The position numbers and the translations under genes were made by a program. Below are positions 1 through 8,902 of a DNA stretch of 64,000 bases, in pieces. Position 1 is the first letter of the stretch; every line of letters starts with the position of its first letter. The notes below the pieces were generated by a model. The model was not told where the DNA came from. It saw only the letters and a list, made by a program, of their open reading frames with translations, and searched no databases. Source of the DNA: an uncultured Muribaculaceae bacterium (lineage in GTDB: Bacteria; Bacteroidota; Bacteroidia; Bacteroidales; Muribaculaceae); the NCBI GenBank assembly GCA_964587165.1, contig CAZPKH010000004.1, positions 9,397 to 73,396 on the forward strand. Direction: 5' to 3'.

Positions 1-13
1 ACTGTTCGCACGC

Positions 14-49
14 GAAAAGGCCGGAGAATGAAAATTCCCCGGCCTTTTC
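14..49 (-). terminator. Hairpin 3' of the MATE gene
   Basis: Inverted repeat GAAAAGGCCGG..CCGGCCTTTTC lies just downstream of the minus-strand CDS ending at 57. A short T run follows the stem. Confidence 0.45.
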
Positions 50-56
50 GTGCTAT

Positions 57-1391
57 TCAACCCGCCCCGGAAGTGTAGCGGCGGAAAAAGTAAACGAAAA
101 GCGCCGCTGCCGTGAAGAGCGATACCGAAAATGAATAAACTATACCGGGCAGACCAGCACCGAGTGTGAAAGCAAACAGATATGTAGACGGCAGACCGAT
201 AATCGCATAGCTCACCAAGGCTATCCACGACATCACCTGCACCCGCGAGGTGCCGCGCAATGCGTTGGCAAATGTGATCTGGGTTGCGTCGCCGAGCTGA
301 TACAGCAGCAGCGGCACAAGGAGCGAAAGCGTGGTGGCTATCACCTTCGGATCGGGCGTGAAGATATGAGCGAGAGGCTGGAGGAAAAAGATAAAAGTCA
401 GCGAAGCCAAAGCCGCCAGGACAAGGATTATCACATACCCGTCGAGAGCCACACGCCGCATGCCGCGACGGTCGGAAGCACCGCAGGCGTTAGCCACAAG
501 CACTGATACGGCAGCAGCCACCGAATAGTACACGCAAAAACCTAACATCCCGATTATCACAACGATCTGAAAAGCCGCAAGCTCAATCTTGCCAAGCCAG
601 CCTGCCATGACAGCTGCACCGGAGAATGCGCCGGTTTCGAGTGCCATCTGCATAGCCACCGGCCAAGAGGTGCTCCACACTTGCTTCAGCTTGCCCGGCG
701 GCAACTCTACAGTGCGGAAACCACGTGTATATACGCGAAAGTCGGCCGATGCAGCAAACACAGCAATTATACCCGCGGCACAGACCATACGCGATATGAG
801 CGTGGCCAACCCCGCGCCGGTAAGCCCTAATTCAGGCATCCCGGCGTCGCCATATATCAGCAACCGGTTGAGCAATATATTCAGAGCGTTGGCACCGAGC
901 ACAATCCACATGGGCATCCGGGTGCGCTGCACACCGTAGCTGCATTGAGCGAAAGCATTGAACAGGGATATGAATACTACCGAAACCAGGATCGTAAGGT
1001 AGTAAGGCCGGATAAAGGGCAACAATTCTTCAGGTTGCCCCATCTTGTCGAGCATGAAGTAAAGCACCGTAAAGAGAGCTGTGAGTGCCGCCGAGAAGAT
1101 CATGTTGGCGCGCACACCGGCGCGAAGCGTTGCGCCTATATCAGCATCCCGGCGCTGTGTGAAGAGCGCTCCTACCAGAGGCGTAAGGCCGTAACTGAAA
1201 CCTACACATGCCAGAATCCCGCAGTTGAAAATACCGTTGACAAACGATGCCGAGGCAAGCGCCTCCGTAGAATATTGCCCTACCATATAGGTGTCGGCAA
1301 AACCGGTCACTATCATCCCCAGCTGCCCTGCCAGGATAGGACCGCCGAGGCTCATAATCTCACTATAACGTTGTAAAACAGATCGCCGCAC
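57..1391 (-). CDS. MATE family efflux transporter
   Basis: 444-aa polytopic ORF. The N-terminus GGPILAGQLGMIVTGFADTYMVGQ is typical of MATE/NorM-like proteins. GTG start, with a TACCTTTG box about 19 nt upstream. Confidence 0.85.
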   Translation of the reverse strand: MRRSVLQRYSEIMSLGGPILAGQLGMIVTGFADTYMVGQYSTEALASASFVNGIFNCGILACVGFSYGLTPLVGALFTQRRDADIGATLRAGVRANMIFSAALTALFTVLYFMLDKMGQPEELLPFIRPYYLTILVSVVFISLFNAFAQCSYGVQRTRMPMWIVLGANALNILLNRLLIYGDAGMPELGLTGAGLATLISRMVCAAGIIAVFAASADFRVYTRGFRTVELPPGKLKQVWSTSWPVAMQMALETGAFSGAAVMAGWLGKIELAAFQIVVIIGMLGFCVYYSVAAAVSVLVANACGASDRRGMRRVALDGYVIILVLAALASLTFIFFLQPLAHIFTPDPKVIATTLSLLVPLLLYQLGDATQITFANALRGTSRVQVMSWIALVSYAIIGLPSTYLFAFTLGAGLPGIVYSFSVSLFTAAALFVYFFRRYTSGAG

Positions 1392-1409
1392 AGACTATGT
1401 ATTTTTCTG

Positions 1410-1417
1410 CAAAGGTA
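1410..1417 (-). promoter_or_regulatory. Bacteroidetes -7 promoter box (TACCTTTG) for the MATE gene
   Basis: Plus-strand CAAAGGTA equals minus-strand TACCTTTG and matches the TAnnTTTG consensus upstream of start 1391. Confidence 0.5.
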
Positions 1418-1436
1418 GCAATATTTGCAAAATAAT

Positions 1437-1475
1437 AATAACCCGCACCGGCCACACCGTGCGGGTTATTATTTT
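1437..1475. terminator. Bidirectional-looking hairpin between the amylase and MATE genes
   Basis: AATAACCCGCAC (1437-1448) pairs with GTGCGGGTTATT (1459-1470). A/T runs flank it on both sides. Confidence 0.5.
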
Positions 1476-1611
1476 GGGCTCCGTTATATCTGCCTCGGCG
1501 ACAAGCTGTACCGCCGTGGCGGTCGCGTCAAAATGCCGGCATAGATTGTTTTGCCTTCTGATATTACAACACCCAAGCAGGGGGCAAAGTTCACAGGGCA
1601 GCCTGTCGCAC

Positions 1612-1654
1612 ATATAAAATATATGCCGGACGGCATCGCGCGCATCCGGCATAT
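1612..1654 (-). terminator. Rho-independent terminator of the secreted amylase gene
   Basis: ATATGCCGGA (1621-1630) pairs with TCCGGCATAT (1645-1654). On the minus strand the stem is followed by ATTTTATAT. It sits 29 nt after the stop at 1683. Confidence 0.55.
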
Positions 1655-1682
1655 AGTCAGTATATTAGGGATCTATTGGAAA

Positions 1683-4049
1683 TCAGCGAATGTACTCTTT
1701 GGTCACCTTGTTGCCACGGCGTACGATGTAAATGCTGCCGGCGGCGGGCTCGGCTACACGCACACCCATCAGAGTGTAGTATTCGGGGGCTGCATCGGGC
1801 TGATCGAATACGTTGGCCTCTACACCCGAGCCTTCCCATAAGCCCAGATCCTGGCTCATGATATACATGTGCTTGTGCACGGGCACGAGGTCCTCAGTCT
1901 GATCCACACCTTTGGTGCCGGCGCCGGGGCCTTTGTCGAATATCACGCCGGTCGAGCCGGTAGCGATGTCAGCCTTCCAGATGGTTCCACCGATGTGTGT
2001 CATCGGCGAGCCGGGCCACGACGGGGCCGACGAGCCGCCCCAGTAGTATACGTAGGGAGTTGCCCAAAGCTGGTTTGCATTGTTCCAGTATACTATGAAC
2101 GAGCTTGAGTTGGGGTTGGGGTCAACGACATTGTCGTCGGGATCGTCGCCATGCTGGCCGTTGTATTCCGACCAGTTGGTGCCTGCACAGATCATCGACT
2201 TGCCGTTGAGATCAAGGCCGCAATCCTGACCCTGCACATCCTGCGGGTACTGGTCGGTGCCGTTGTTGAATATCACCTTCGAGCCGTTTGTAAATGCTTC
2301 GGGCACTTCATACTCCCAGAGTGTGCCCGAGGTGTGTGTCATCGCTGCACCGGGCCATGCCGACATCTCGGTGGCTGTTGCGCCGGGTTTGTAGATGTAG
2401 ACGTTGACATTCGACCATCCGGTCTGCTTTGTGTCATAATATACATATACGGCCTGCGAGGGGTCAACCTTTGTATATACTGCCGAGCCTGTCTTGGTAC
2501 CGGAGGTACCGGTGGCGCTCCAGCGTATAGTGATGGTCTTGCCGGCCTCAACGCCGTTGCCGATAGTTATATTGGTCGAACCCGAGAAAGGCATCTGGGC
2601 GCCATTGTCCACTTTATACCAGCCTGAGGTGGCATTTACCAGAGTAGCTTTGACGGTGAGAGTCTCGGTCTTGAAAGAACCGCCGTCGGGGCTGAGTGTC
2701 ACTGAGGGCTCTGTCGAGGCGGTACCGTTGTAGATCACGGCGATACCTGTGTTGCCCACCTGTCCGGTAATGGTCGATGCCGTGACGGTGAATGTATTGC
2801 CGGTCACTTCATCTTTATAAGTACCTGCGGGGCAGTAGCCGCCACCGTTGGGCACGCTGACATTGCGGCTCTGGCCGTTGCCCACCACGATGCAGGCGCC
2901 GATCCCTTTGCGGGTCACCGACACTACGCCGTTCGAGCTCGAGAAGTAATCCTCCTTGCCCACGGCTGCGTTGCGAAGATGATTGACGGCAGCGATCTCC
3001 TTTGAGGTGAAGTGTGTCGAACCTTTCTGACCCATTTTGATAGTGTTGCGGGTGTTGGCCGACGGGCGTGAGAAGTAAAGCGATGACGAGCCGTTACGGC
3101 AAGCTACGATAGCCCATGTGCGGTCGATCACGGCCTGCGAGATATGAGTGGAGGCCTGCCATTCGTTGGAGTAGTCGTCGTGGCTCTCAGCCCAGTATAC
3201 CACCTTGTCGGCGGCAATAGTGCTTGAGGCCCAGCCTGCGTGGCTTGAGGGCACGTTGCCTGATTTCACAGCATTGCGCACACCGTCGCAGTATCCGTTG
3301 TCGGTCACCGACATATATTTGGTGTACTCTTTCATCAGGGCGTTGCCGTCGCCGCCGGGGCTGTCGAGTATCTCACCGTAGTGCCACAGCGAGGGGTCGG
3401 AGCATACAGTCGACCAGAAGGCGCAGCCCTCGGAGGGGAGACCGATATGCTTGGCGGCATCCCAGCGGATACCTTTCACGCCGTACCCTTTGAGCTCGTC
3501 GATAAATGCTTTGGCGCGAGCCTGCACCTGAGCGTCCTCTGAGTTTACGTCGCCGTATTCGCCGAGCTGACCGTGTGTGATCGAGTAGCGGTTACCGTAG
3601 TTGATGCCACCCTGCCAGCGCACGCGGCCGTTGGAGTCCCACCACGTGTCGTGGTAGCCGGCAGCCTGATTGACATGGTTGGCCACTACGTCGACTACAA
3701 TTTTAATACCGTAAGGTTCGGCCTGCTCGCAGAGCTTCTTGAGCAGGGCGCTTCCACCCTGACCGTTTGCACGGAACTTGAAGTCGTAGGGCATGTAGGC
3801 GTAGAACCACTCGGCATTGTTATTGCAGTTGCCCTGCACCGGCGATACCTGAACGGCTCCGAAACCGGCTTTAGCTATATTAGGCAACTCATCAATGATC
3901 TGCTGGAAAGTCCAGTCGAAGCAATGCAGGATATTGCCATCCTGAATCTTCTCAGGTATGCCGTAAGAATTTGCGGCATTGGCAGACAGCGGGGAGAGTC
4001 CTAAAAGCAGGGCACACGCCGTCCACAGTGATTTTTTAAAAACATGCAT
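1683..4049 (-). CDS. Secreted GH13 alpha-amylase with two starch-binding-like repeats and a T9SS C-terminal sorting domain
   Basis: 788 aa. Signal peptide MHVFKKSLWTACALLLGLSPLSANA. GH13 signatures VVDVVANHVN, GIRWDAAKHI and WAESHDDY. Two repeats of about 90 aa each carry WPG..MTH..W. The tail YYTLMGVRVAEPAAGSIYIVRRGNKVTKEYIR resembles a T9SS type A CTD. Confidence 0.85.
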   Translation of the reverse strand: MHVFKKSLWTACALLLGLSPLSANAANSYGIPEKIQDGNILHCFDWTFQQIIDELPNIAKAGFGAVQVSPVQGNCNNNAEWFYAYMPYDFKFRANGQGGSALLKKLCEQAEPYGIKIVVDVVANHVNQAAGYHDTWWDSNGRVRWQGGINYGNRYSITHGQLGEYGDVNSEDAQVQARAKAFIDELKGYGVKGIRWDAAKHIGLPSEGCAFWSTVCSDPSLWHYGEILDSPGGDGNALMKEYTKYMSVTDNGYCDGVRNAVKSGNVPSSHAGWASSTIAADKVVYWAESHDDYSNEWQASTHISQAVIDRTWAIVACRNGSSSLYFSRPSANTRNTIKMGQKGSTHFTSKEIAAVNHLRNAAVGKEDYFSSSNGVVSVTRKGIGACIVVGNGQSRNVSVPNGGGYCPAGTYKDEVTGNTFTVTASTITGQVGNTGIAVIYNGTASTEPSVTLSPDGGSFKTETLTVKATLVNATSGWYKVDNGAQMPFSGSTNITIGNGVEAGKTITIRWSATGTSGTKTGSAVYTKVDPSQAVYVYYDTKQTGWSNVNVYIYKPGATATEMSAWPGAAMTHTSGTLWEYEVPEAFTNGSKVIFNNGTDQYPQDVQGQDCGLDLNGKSMICAGTNWSEYNGQHGDDPDDNVVDPNPNSSSFIVYWNNANQLWATPYVYYWGGSSAPSWPGSPMTHIGGTIWKADIATGSTGVIFDKGPGAGTKGVDQTEDLVPVHKHMYIMSQDLGLWEGSGVEANVFDQPDAAPEYYTLMGVRVAEPAAGSIYIVRRGNKVTKEYIR

Positions 4050-4095
4050 GGTATTTCCCGGAAAGAAATGTAAGTATAATGAAAATAATTTTTGG

Positions 4096-4103
4096 CAAAG
4101 GTA
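4096..4103 (-). promoter_or_regulatory. -7 box TACCTTTG for the amylase gene
   Basis: Plus-strand CAAAGGTA, about 47 nt upstream of ATG 4049. It forms a divergent promoter pair with 4127-4134. Confidence 0.45.
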
Positions 4104-4126
4104 GCACTATTTCTCCAAATAATCGC

Positions 4127-4134
4127 TACCTTTG
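4127..4134 (+). promoter_or_regulatory. -7 box TACCTTTG for the OPT transporter gene
   Basis: Matches TAnnTTTG, 34 nt upstream of ATG 4168. Confidence 0.5.
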
Positions 4135-4167
4135 AACAAAATTTACAAATAAAACCACATATTAGCA

Positions 4168-6165
4168 ATGGAAAAGACAAAGATCACACCGTCGGAACTC
4201 CCCGAGGAGGTGTACATGGACGCCGATCCTATCGAGCTTCCCGACAACGCTTTCCGCGAGCTTGCCGCCGATGAAACCTACCGCCCGCTGATGCACCCGG
4301 CACGCGACTACAAGGAAGTGACCCCCTACTCGGTGTCGCTTGGCCTCGTGCTTGCCGTAATATTCAGTGCCGCAGCGGCATATCTGGGCCTTAAAGTAGG
4401 CCAGGTATTTGAAGCCGCTATCCCGATAGCAATCATAGCCGTAGGTCTGAGCGGTGCTCTGAAGATCAAGAATCCGCTGGGGCAAAACGTCATAATACAG
4501 TCGATAGGCGCATGCTCGGGCGTGATCGTGGCAGGTGCCATCTTTACTCTCCCGGCGCTATATATCCTCGGCATCGACGTCGACTTCTACCAGATATTCC
4601 TCAGCTCGCTGCTCGGCGGCGTGCTCGGCATACTCTTCTTCATACCTTTCCGCAAATATTTTGTGAAGGATATGCACGGCAAGTACCCCTTCCCCGAAGC
4701 TACCGCCACGACGCAGGTGCTCGCATCGGGTCAGGGAAGCTCTGACAAGAGCGAGGGCGCGCGCAGCGGCGGCCAGGCTCTTACGCTCGTGGTAGCGTCG
4801 CTCATCGGAGGTCTCTACGACTATATCGTCGAGACTTTCGGCTTCTGGGCAGGCCAGATCACAACGGCCGCCACGTCGTGGGGACAGGCTATGATCGACA
4901 AGTTCAAAATGGTGCTGTCGTGCAACACCGGTGCGGCTCTGCTCGGCTTGGGGTACATCGTCGGACTGAAATATGCCTTCGTGATATTTGCCGGATCGCT
5001 CTTCGTGTGGTGGATCATCATACCGCTTATGGGCACATACGGCGACGTGGCCATGCAGGCTATGGCTCCCGAAAAGATATTCAGCGACTACGCCCGAATG
5101 ATCGGTATCGGCGGTATAGCGATGGCCGGTGTGATAGGTATCGTCAAGTCGTGGCCTATCATCCGTCAGGCTGTCGGGCTGGCCGGCCGCGAGTTTAAAG
5201 GCGGAGCTTCCACCACCAAGACCGCCCGCTGGCAGATGGATATCTCGATGAAGCATGTAGTGTTTTATATCGCTTTAGCTCTGATTGCCGTGCTGATATT
5301 CTTCTGGGTCGGCGTGATCAATACATTCTGGCAGGCCTTGGTGGCATGGGCTGTGGTAGCGGTGATAGCATTCCTCTTCACCACGGTAGCCGCCAATGCC
5401 ATAGCGATCGTGGGCTCCAACCCCGTGTCGGGTATGACGCTGATGACTCTGATCGTGGCATCATGTATCTTCGTGGCTATCGGCCTCAATGGCCGCGAGG
5501 GTATCGCCGCTTCGATGGTGATAGGCGGCGTGGTCTGCACGGCTCTATCTATGGCCGGTGGTTTCGTCACCGACCTGAAGGTGGGCTACTGGCTCGGCTC
5601 CACGCCCAAGAAACAGGAGTCGTGGAAATTTGTCGGAACCCTTGTTTCGGCTGCCACCGTGGGCGGCGTGATCATGCTGCTCAACCAGGTATACGGTTTC
5701 ACCGGCGACAACGCCCTTGTGGCTCCGCAGGCCAACGCTATGGCCAAGGTGATCGAGCCGCTGATGATGGGAGGCGACACCCCGTGGGTGCTCTATATCG
5801 TAGGCGCGGTGCTTGCACTGCTGCTCAACTGGCTCGGAGTACCCGCTCTGGCATTCTGCCTCGGTATGTTTATCCCGCTGCCGCTCAACACCCCTATGCT
5901 CGTGGGCGGTGCCTTGGCATACTTCGTGGGCCGCAGCTCCAAAGATAAAGCTGTGGCGGCTGCCCGCTCCGACCGCGGCACACTGATTGCTTCAGGTCTG
6001 ATAGCCGGCGGTGCTCTCTTCGGCGTATTTGCCGCCATGACACGCTTCTTCGGCTTCACATACAGCTGCCCGATGGGCGAAGGCCTCAACCAACTGCTCG
6101 GCCTTTTGGTATACATCGCACTGATAGCCTACGTATACTTCGACAGCCGTCGTGCGCGAAAATAA
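4168..6165 (+). CDS. OPT family oligopeptide transporter
   Basis: 665-aa polytopic ORF. The N-terminal region PYSVSLGLVLAVIFSAAAAYLGLKVGQVFEAAIP and the overall architecture are typical of the OPT superfamily. Confidence 0.85.
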   Translation: MEKTKITPSELPEEVYMDADPIELPDNAFRELAADETYRPLMHPARDYKEVTPYSVSLGLVLAVIFSAAAAYLGLKVGQVFEAAIPIAIIAVGLSGALKIKNPLGQNVIIQSIGACSGVIVAGAIFTLPALYILGIDVDFYQIFLSSLLGGVLGILFFIPFRKYFVKDMHGKYPFPEATATTQVLASGQGSSDKSEGARSGGQALTLVVASLIGGLYDYIVETFGFWAGQITTAATSWGQAMIDKFKMVLSCNTGAALLGLGYIVGLKYAFVIFAGSLFVWWIIIPLMGTYGDVAMQAMAPEKIFSDYARMIGIGGIAMAGVIGIVKSWPIIRQAVGLAGREFKGGASTTKTARWQMDISMKHVVFYIALALIAVLIFFWVGVINTFWQALVAWAVVAVIAFLFTTVAANAIAIVGSNPVSGMTLMTLIVASCIFVAIGLNGREGIAASMVIGGVVCTALSMAGGFVTDLKVGYWLGSTPKKQESWKFVGTLVSAATVGGVIMLLNQVYGFTGDNALVAPQANAMAKVIEPLMMGGDTPWVLYIVGAVLALLLNWLGVPALAFCLGMFIPLPLNTPMLVGGALAYFVGRSSKDKAVAAARSDRGTLIASGLIAGGALFGVFAAMTRFFGFTYSCPMGEGLNQLLGLLVYIALIAYVYFDSRRARK

Positions 6166-7459
6166 CCGCGACATACTCCGTTTAGCCTGCCCGGCTATAG
6201 TCACCAACATCACCACCCCGCTTCTGGGGCTGATGGACACGGCTATAGCCGGGCATCTCGGGTCAGCCCGCTACATTGCGGCCATAGCCGTAGGAGCCAC
6301 AATATTCAATATGATATACTGGCTGCTGGGGTTTCTGCGCATGGGCACATCGGGCATGACGGCCCAGGCATGGGGAGGCGCCCGTAAGGCCGAGGAAGCA
6401 TCCATCCTGCGGGCTGCACTTCTCACAGCCGCTACAGCAGGCGCTCTTATACTTGCGCTATCGGTGCCGATAGAGGCGCTGAGCTTGGCGCTTCTTGAAC
6501 CCGACAGTGCTACCCGGCCCATCGTTTCGGAGTATTTCCATATCGTAGTATGGGGAGCGCCGGCGGTGCTTATGACCTACGCTATGACGGGGTGGCTGCT
6601 CGGTATGCAGAACTCGCGTGCGGGGATGTGGATGTCGATAACCATCAACGTGGCCAATATCGGCGTATCGATGGTACTCGTGATCGGTCTCGTCATGGGT
6701 ATGCGCGGCGTGGCTATCGGCACGCTGTCGGCTCAATGGCTCGGGGTGGTGGTCGGAGGATTTTTCTGTCGGTCGGAGTTGCGCTCGCTCGGGAGCAACG
6801 CTCCGCAGCGGCTGCGCGACATACTGCAGCTGCTGCCGCGATTCTTCGGTGTGAATATCTACATATTCCTGCGCACCTTAGGGTTGGTGGCCGTGACGGT
6901 ATGGTTCACCCGCGCCGGAGCCGTCCAGGGCACGGTGATACTTGCCGTGAACGCCCTGCTGATGCAGCTCTTCATACTGTTCTCGTATTTCATGGACGGG
7001 TTCGCCTACGCCGGCGAAGCTCTCGCCGGCCGCTATGTGGGAGCCTCCGACGGAGCCGGGCTGCGCAGTGTCGTCAAGGCTTTGATGCGCTGGGGCATCG
7101 GGCTCGCGCTCATCTTCGGCGCTCTTTACTTTTCAGCAGGCGAAGCGATACTGCGGCTGCTCAGCAACGACGCCACCGTCGTGGCTGCAAGCCGCGACTA
7201 CCTGCTTTGGATCGCTACGGTGCCTCTTGTAGGGTTCGGCGCTTTCGTGTGGGACGGCATATATATCGGCGCCACCGCGACAGCCCGCATGGCAGTGTCG
7301 GTGGGTGTCAGCGCGGCGGTATTTTTCGCGGTATACGCTCTGCTCTACCCTACCCTGGGCAACCACGCGCTTTGGCTGGCGTTCTGCCTGTATCTGCTGT
7401 CGCGCGGAGTAGTTCAGACAGCTCTGAGCCGCAAAATTGTGCGGTTTGACAAAAAATAG
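6152..7459 (+). CDS. MATE family efflux transporter (DinF-like)
   Basis: 435 aa. ILRLACPAIVTNITTPLLGLMDTAIAGHLG is a typical MATE N-terminus. It overlaps the end of the OPT gene by 14 nt. Confidence 0.8.
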   Translation: MRENNRDILRLACPAIVTNITTPLLGLMDTAIAGHLGSARYIAAIAVGATIFNMIYWLLGFLRMGTSGMTAQAWGGARKAEEASILRAALLTAATAGALILALSVPIEALSLALLEPDSATRPIVSEYFHIVVWGAPAVLMTYAMTGWLLGMQNSRAGMWMSITINVANIGVSMVLVIGLVMGMRGVAIGTLSAQWLGVVVGGFFCRSELRSLGSNAPQRLRDILQLLPRFFGVNIYIFLRTLGLVAVTVWFTRAGAVQGTVILAVNALLMQLFILFSYFMDGFAYAGEALAGRYVGASDGAGLRSVVKALMRWGIGLALIFGALYFSAGEAILRLLSNDATVVAASRDYLLWIATVPLVGFGAFVWDGIYIGATATARMAVSVGVSAAVFFAVYALLYPTLGNHALWLAFCLYLLSRGVVQTALSRKIVRFDKK

Positions 7460-7460
7460 C

Positions 7461-7468
7461 TACCTTTG
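7461..7468 (+). promoter_or_regulatory. -7 box TACCTTTG for the GT2 gene
   Basis: Consensus TAnnTTTG, 23 nt upstream of ATG 7491. Confidence 0.45.
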
Positions 7469-7490
7469 CGCATACACCCAAGCCATCACC

Positions 7491-8462
7491 ATGCAGCCTA
7501 ACCACATAACACGCCTGAGCATACTCGTGCCGGTATACAACGAGCAGGAGTGCCTTGATGCACTATACGCCCGTCTGAAGGGTGTGGCCGACTCTCTGGG
7601 GGTGGATGTGGAGATGCTGTTTGTCAACGACGGTTCGACGGACTCGTCGCTCGATATACTTCAGCGTCTGGCCGAGGCAGACTCACGCGTGGCTGTGGTC
7701 GACCTGTCGCGCCGCTTCGGCAAGGAGATAGCCATGAGCGCCGGTATCGACTATGCTACCGGCGATGCCCTTGTGATACTCGATGCCGACCTGCAGGATC
7801 CGCCCGAGCTTATACCGCAGATGCTCGAAGGGATACGACAGGGGTATGACGATGTGTATGCGCGGCGACGCACGCGCTCGGGCGAGTCAATGGTCAAGCG
7901 CGCCACATCGCGGCTATATTACCGCATGCTGCGCCGCCTCAGCAATGTGCCCGTGCAAGAGGATACCGGCGACTTCCGCATGCTGTCGGCCCGCGCCATA
8001 GAGGCTCTGCGCAGGCTCAAGGAGTCGGAGCGCAACATGAAGGGGCTGTTTTCGTACGTAGGGTTCTACAAGAAGCCTATACTCTACGACCGCGCCCCCC
8101 GCACTGCCGGAAAAACCAAATGGAGCTATTTCGGACTCACCGGGCTTGCGCTGCGCGGGTTTACAAGTTTCTCAAAGACGCCGCTCCGCCTGATATCGCT
8201 GCTCGGACTTATGGTGTCGGCAATAGCTTTCGTCTACCTTATCGTAGTTGTGTCGAAAGCCTTGGTGGCCGGCGACCGCGTGGCCGGCTACCCTTCGCTG
8301 ATGGCCGTGATACTGTTTTTAGGCGGAATGCAACTGCTGGCCTTAGGAGTGATCGGCGAATATATCGGCATCGTGTTCACCGAATCGAAGCGTCGGCCGA
8401 CGTATTTCGTATCCTCCTACCACCCCGCTGCGGGCAGCCACGAAAAAGACTCCGCTTCATAG
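7491..8462 (+). CDS. Glycosyltransferase family 2 (polyprenyl-phosphate glycosyltransferase-like, two C-terminal TM helices)
   Basis: LSILVPVYNEQ, FVNDGSTD and LDADLQDPPE motifs. Start moved to the internal ATG 7491 (MQPNHITR), downstream of the promoter box. The track ORF begins at 7437. Confidence 0.8.
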   Translation: MQPNHITRLSILVPVYNEQECLDALYARLKGVADSLGVDVEMLFVNDGSTDSSLDILQRLAEADSRVAVVDLSRRFGKEIAMSAGIDYATGDALVILDADLQDPPELIPQMLEGIRQGYDDVYARRRTRSGESMVKRATSRLYYRMLRRLSNVPVQEDTGDFRMLSARAIEALRRLKESERNMKGLFSYVGFYKKPILYDRAPRTAGKTKWSYFGLTGLALRGFTSFSKTPLRLISLLGLMVSAIAFVYLIVVVSKALVAGDRVAGYPSLMAVILFLGGMQLLALGVIGEYIGIVFTESKRRPTYFVSSYHPAAGSHEKDSAS

Positions 8463-8511
8463 CGAAACGGAGCCTTCGTGAATATCTTTGAAGATAGTGT
8501 GAGGCAGGGTG

Positions 8512-8886
8512 CTATATTGCAGCGATAAGCTCTATCTCTACCATAGCCTGCTTGGGGAGCTCGCGCACGGCAAAAGCCGATCGGGCCGGGAACGGTGCCG
8601 CGAAATGCTTCTGATATACTGCGTTCATCTGAGCGAAGAGGCTCATATCGGCCAGGAGCACCGTCGTTTTCACTACATTGTCGAGCGAAGCGCCTGCTTC
8701 GGCAAGTATGGCGGCTGCGTTGGCGAGCGATTGAGCTGTCTGTGCCTCGATACCCTCGGGCATCTCGCCGGTGGCGGGGTCGATAGGGAGCTGTCCGGAC
8801 ACGAATATCATATTGCCGGCTTTGATAGCCTGGCTGTAAGGACCTATTGCTGCGGGCGCAGCTGTAGTAGCTATGGGTTGTTTCAT
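8512..8886 (-). CDS. ridA: RidA family reactive-intermediate deaminase
   Basis: 124 aa. APAAIGPYSQAIKAGNMIFVSGQLPIDPATGE is the YjgF/RidA signature. Confidence 0.85.
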   Translation of the reverse strand: MKQPIATTAAPAAIGPYSQAIKAGNMIFVSGQLPIDPATGEMPEGIEAQTAQSLANAAAILAEAGASLDNVVKTTVLLADMSLFAQMNAVYQKHFAAPFPARSAFAVRELPKQAMVEIELIAAI

Positions 8887-8902
8887 GGTGATAATATATT
8901 GG

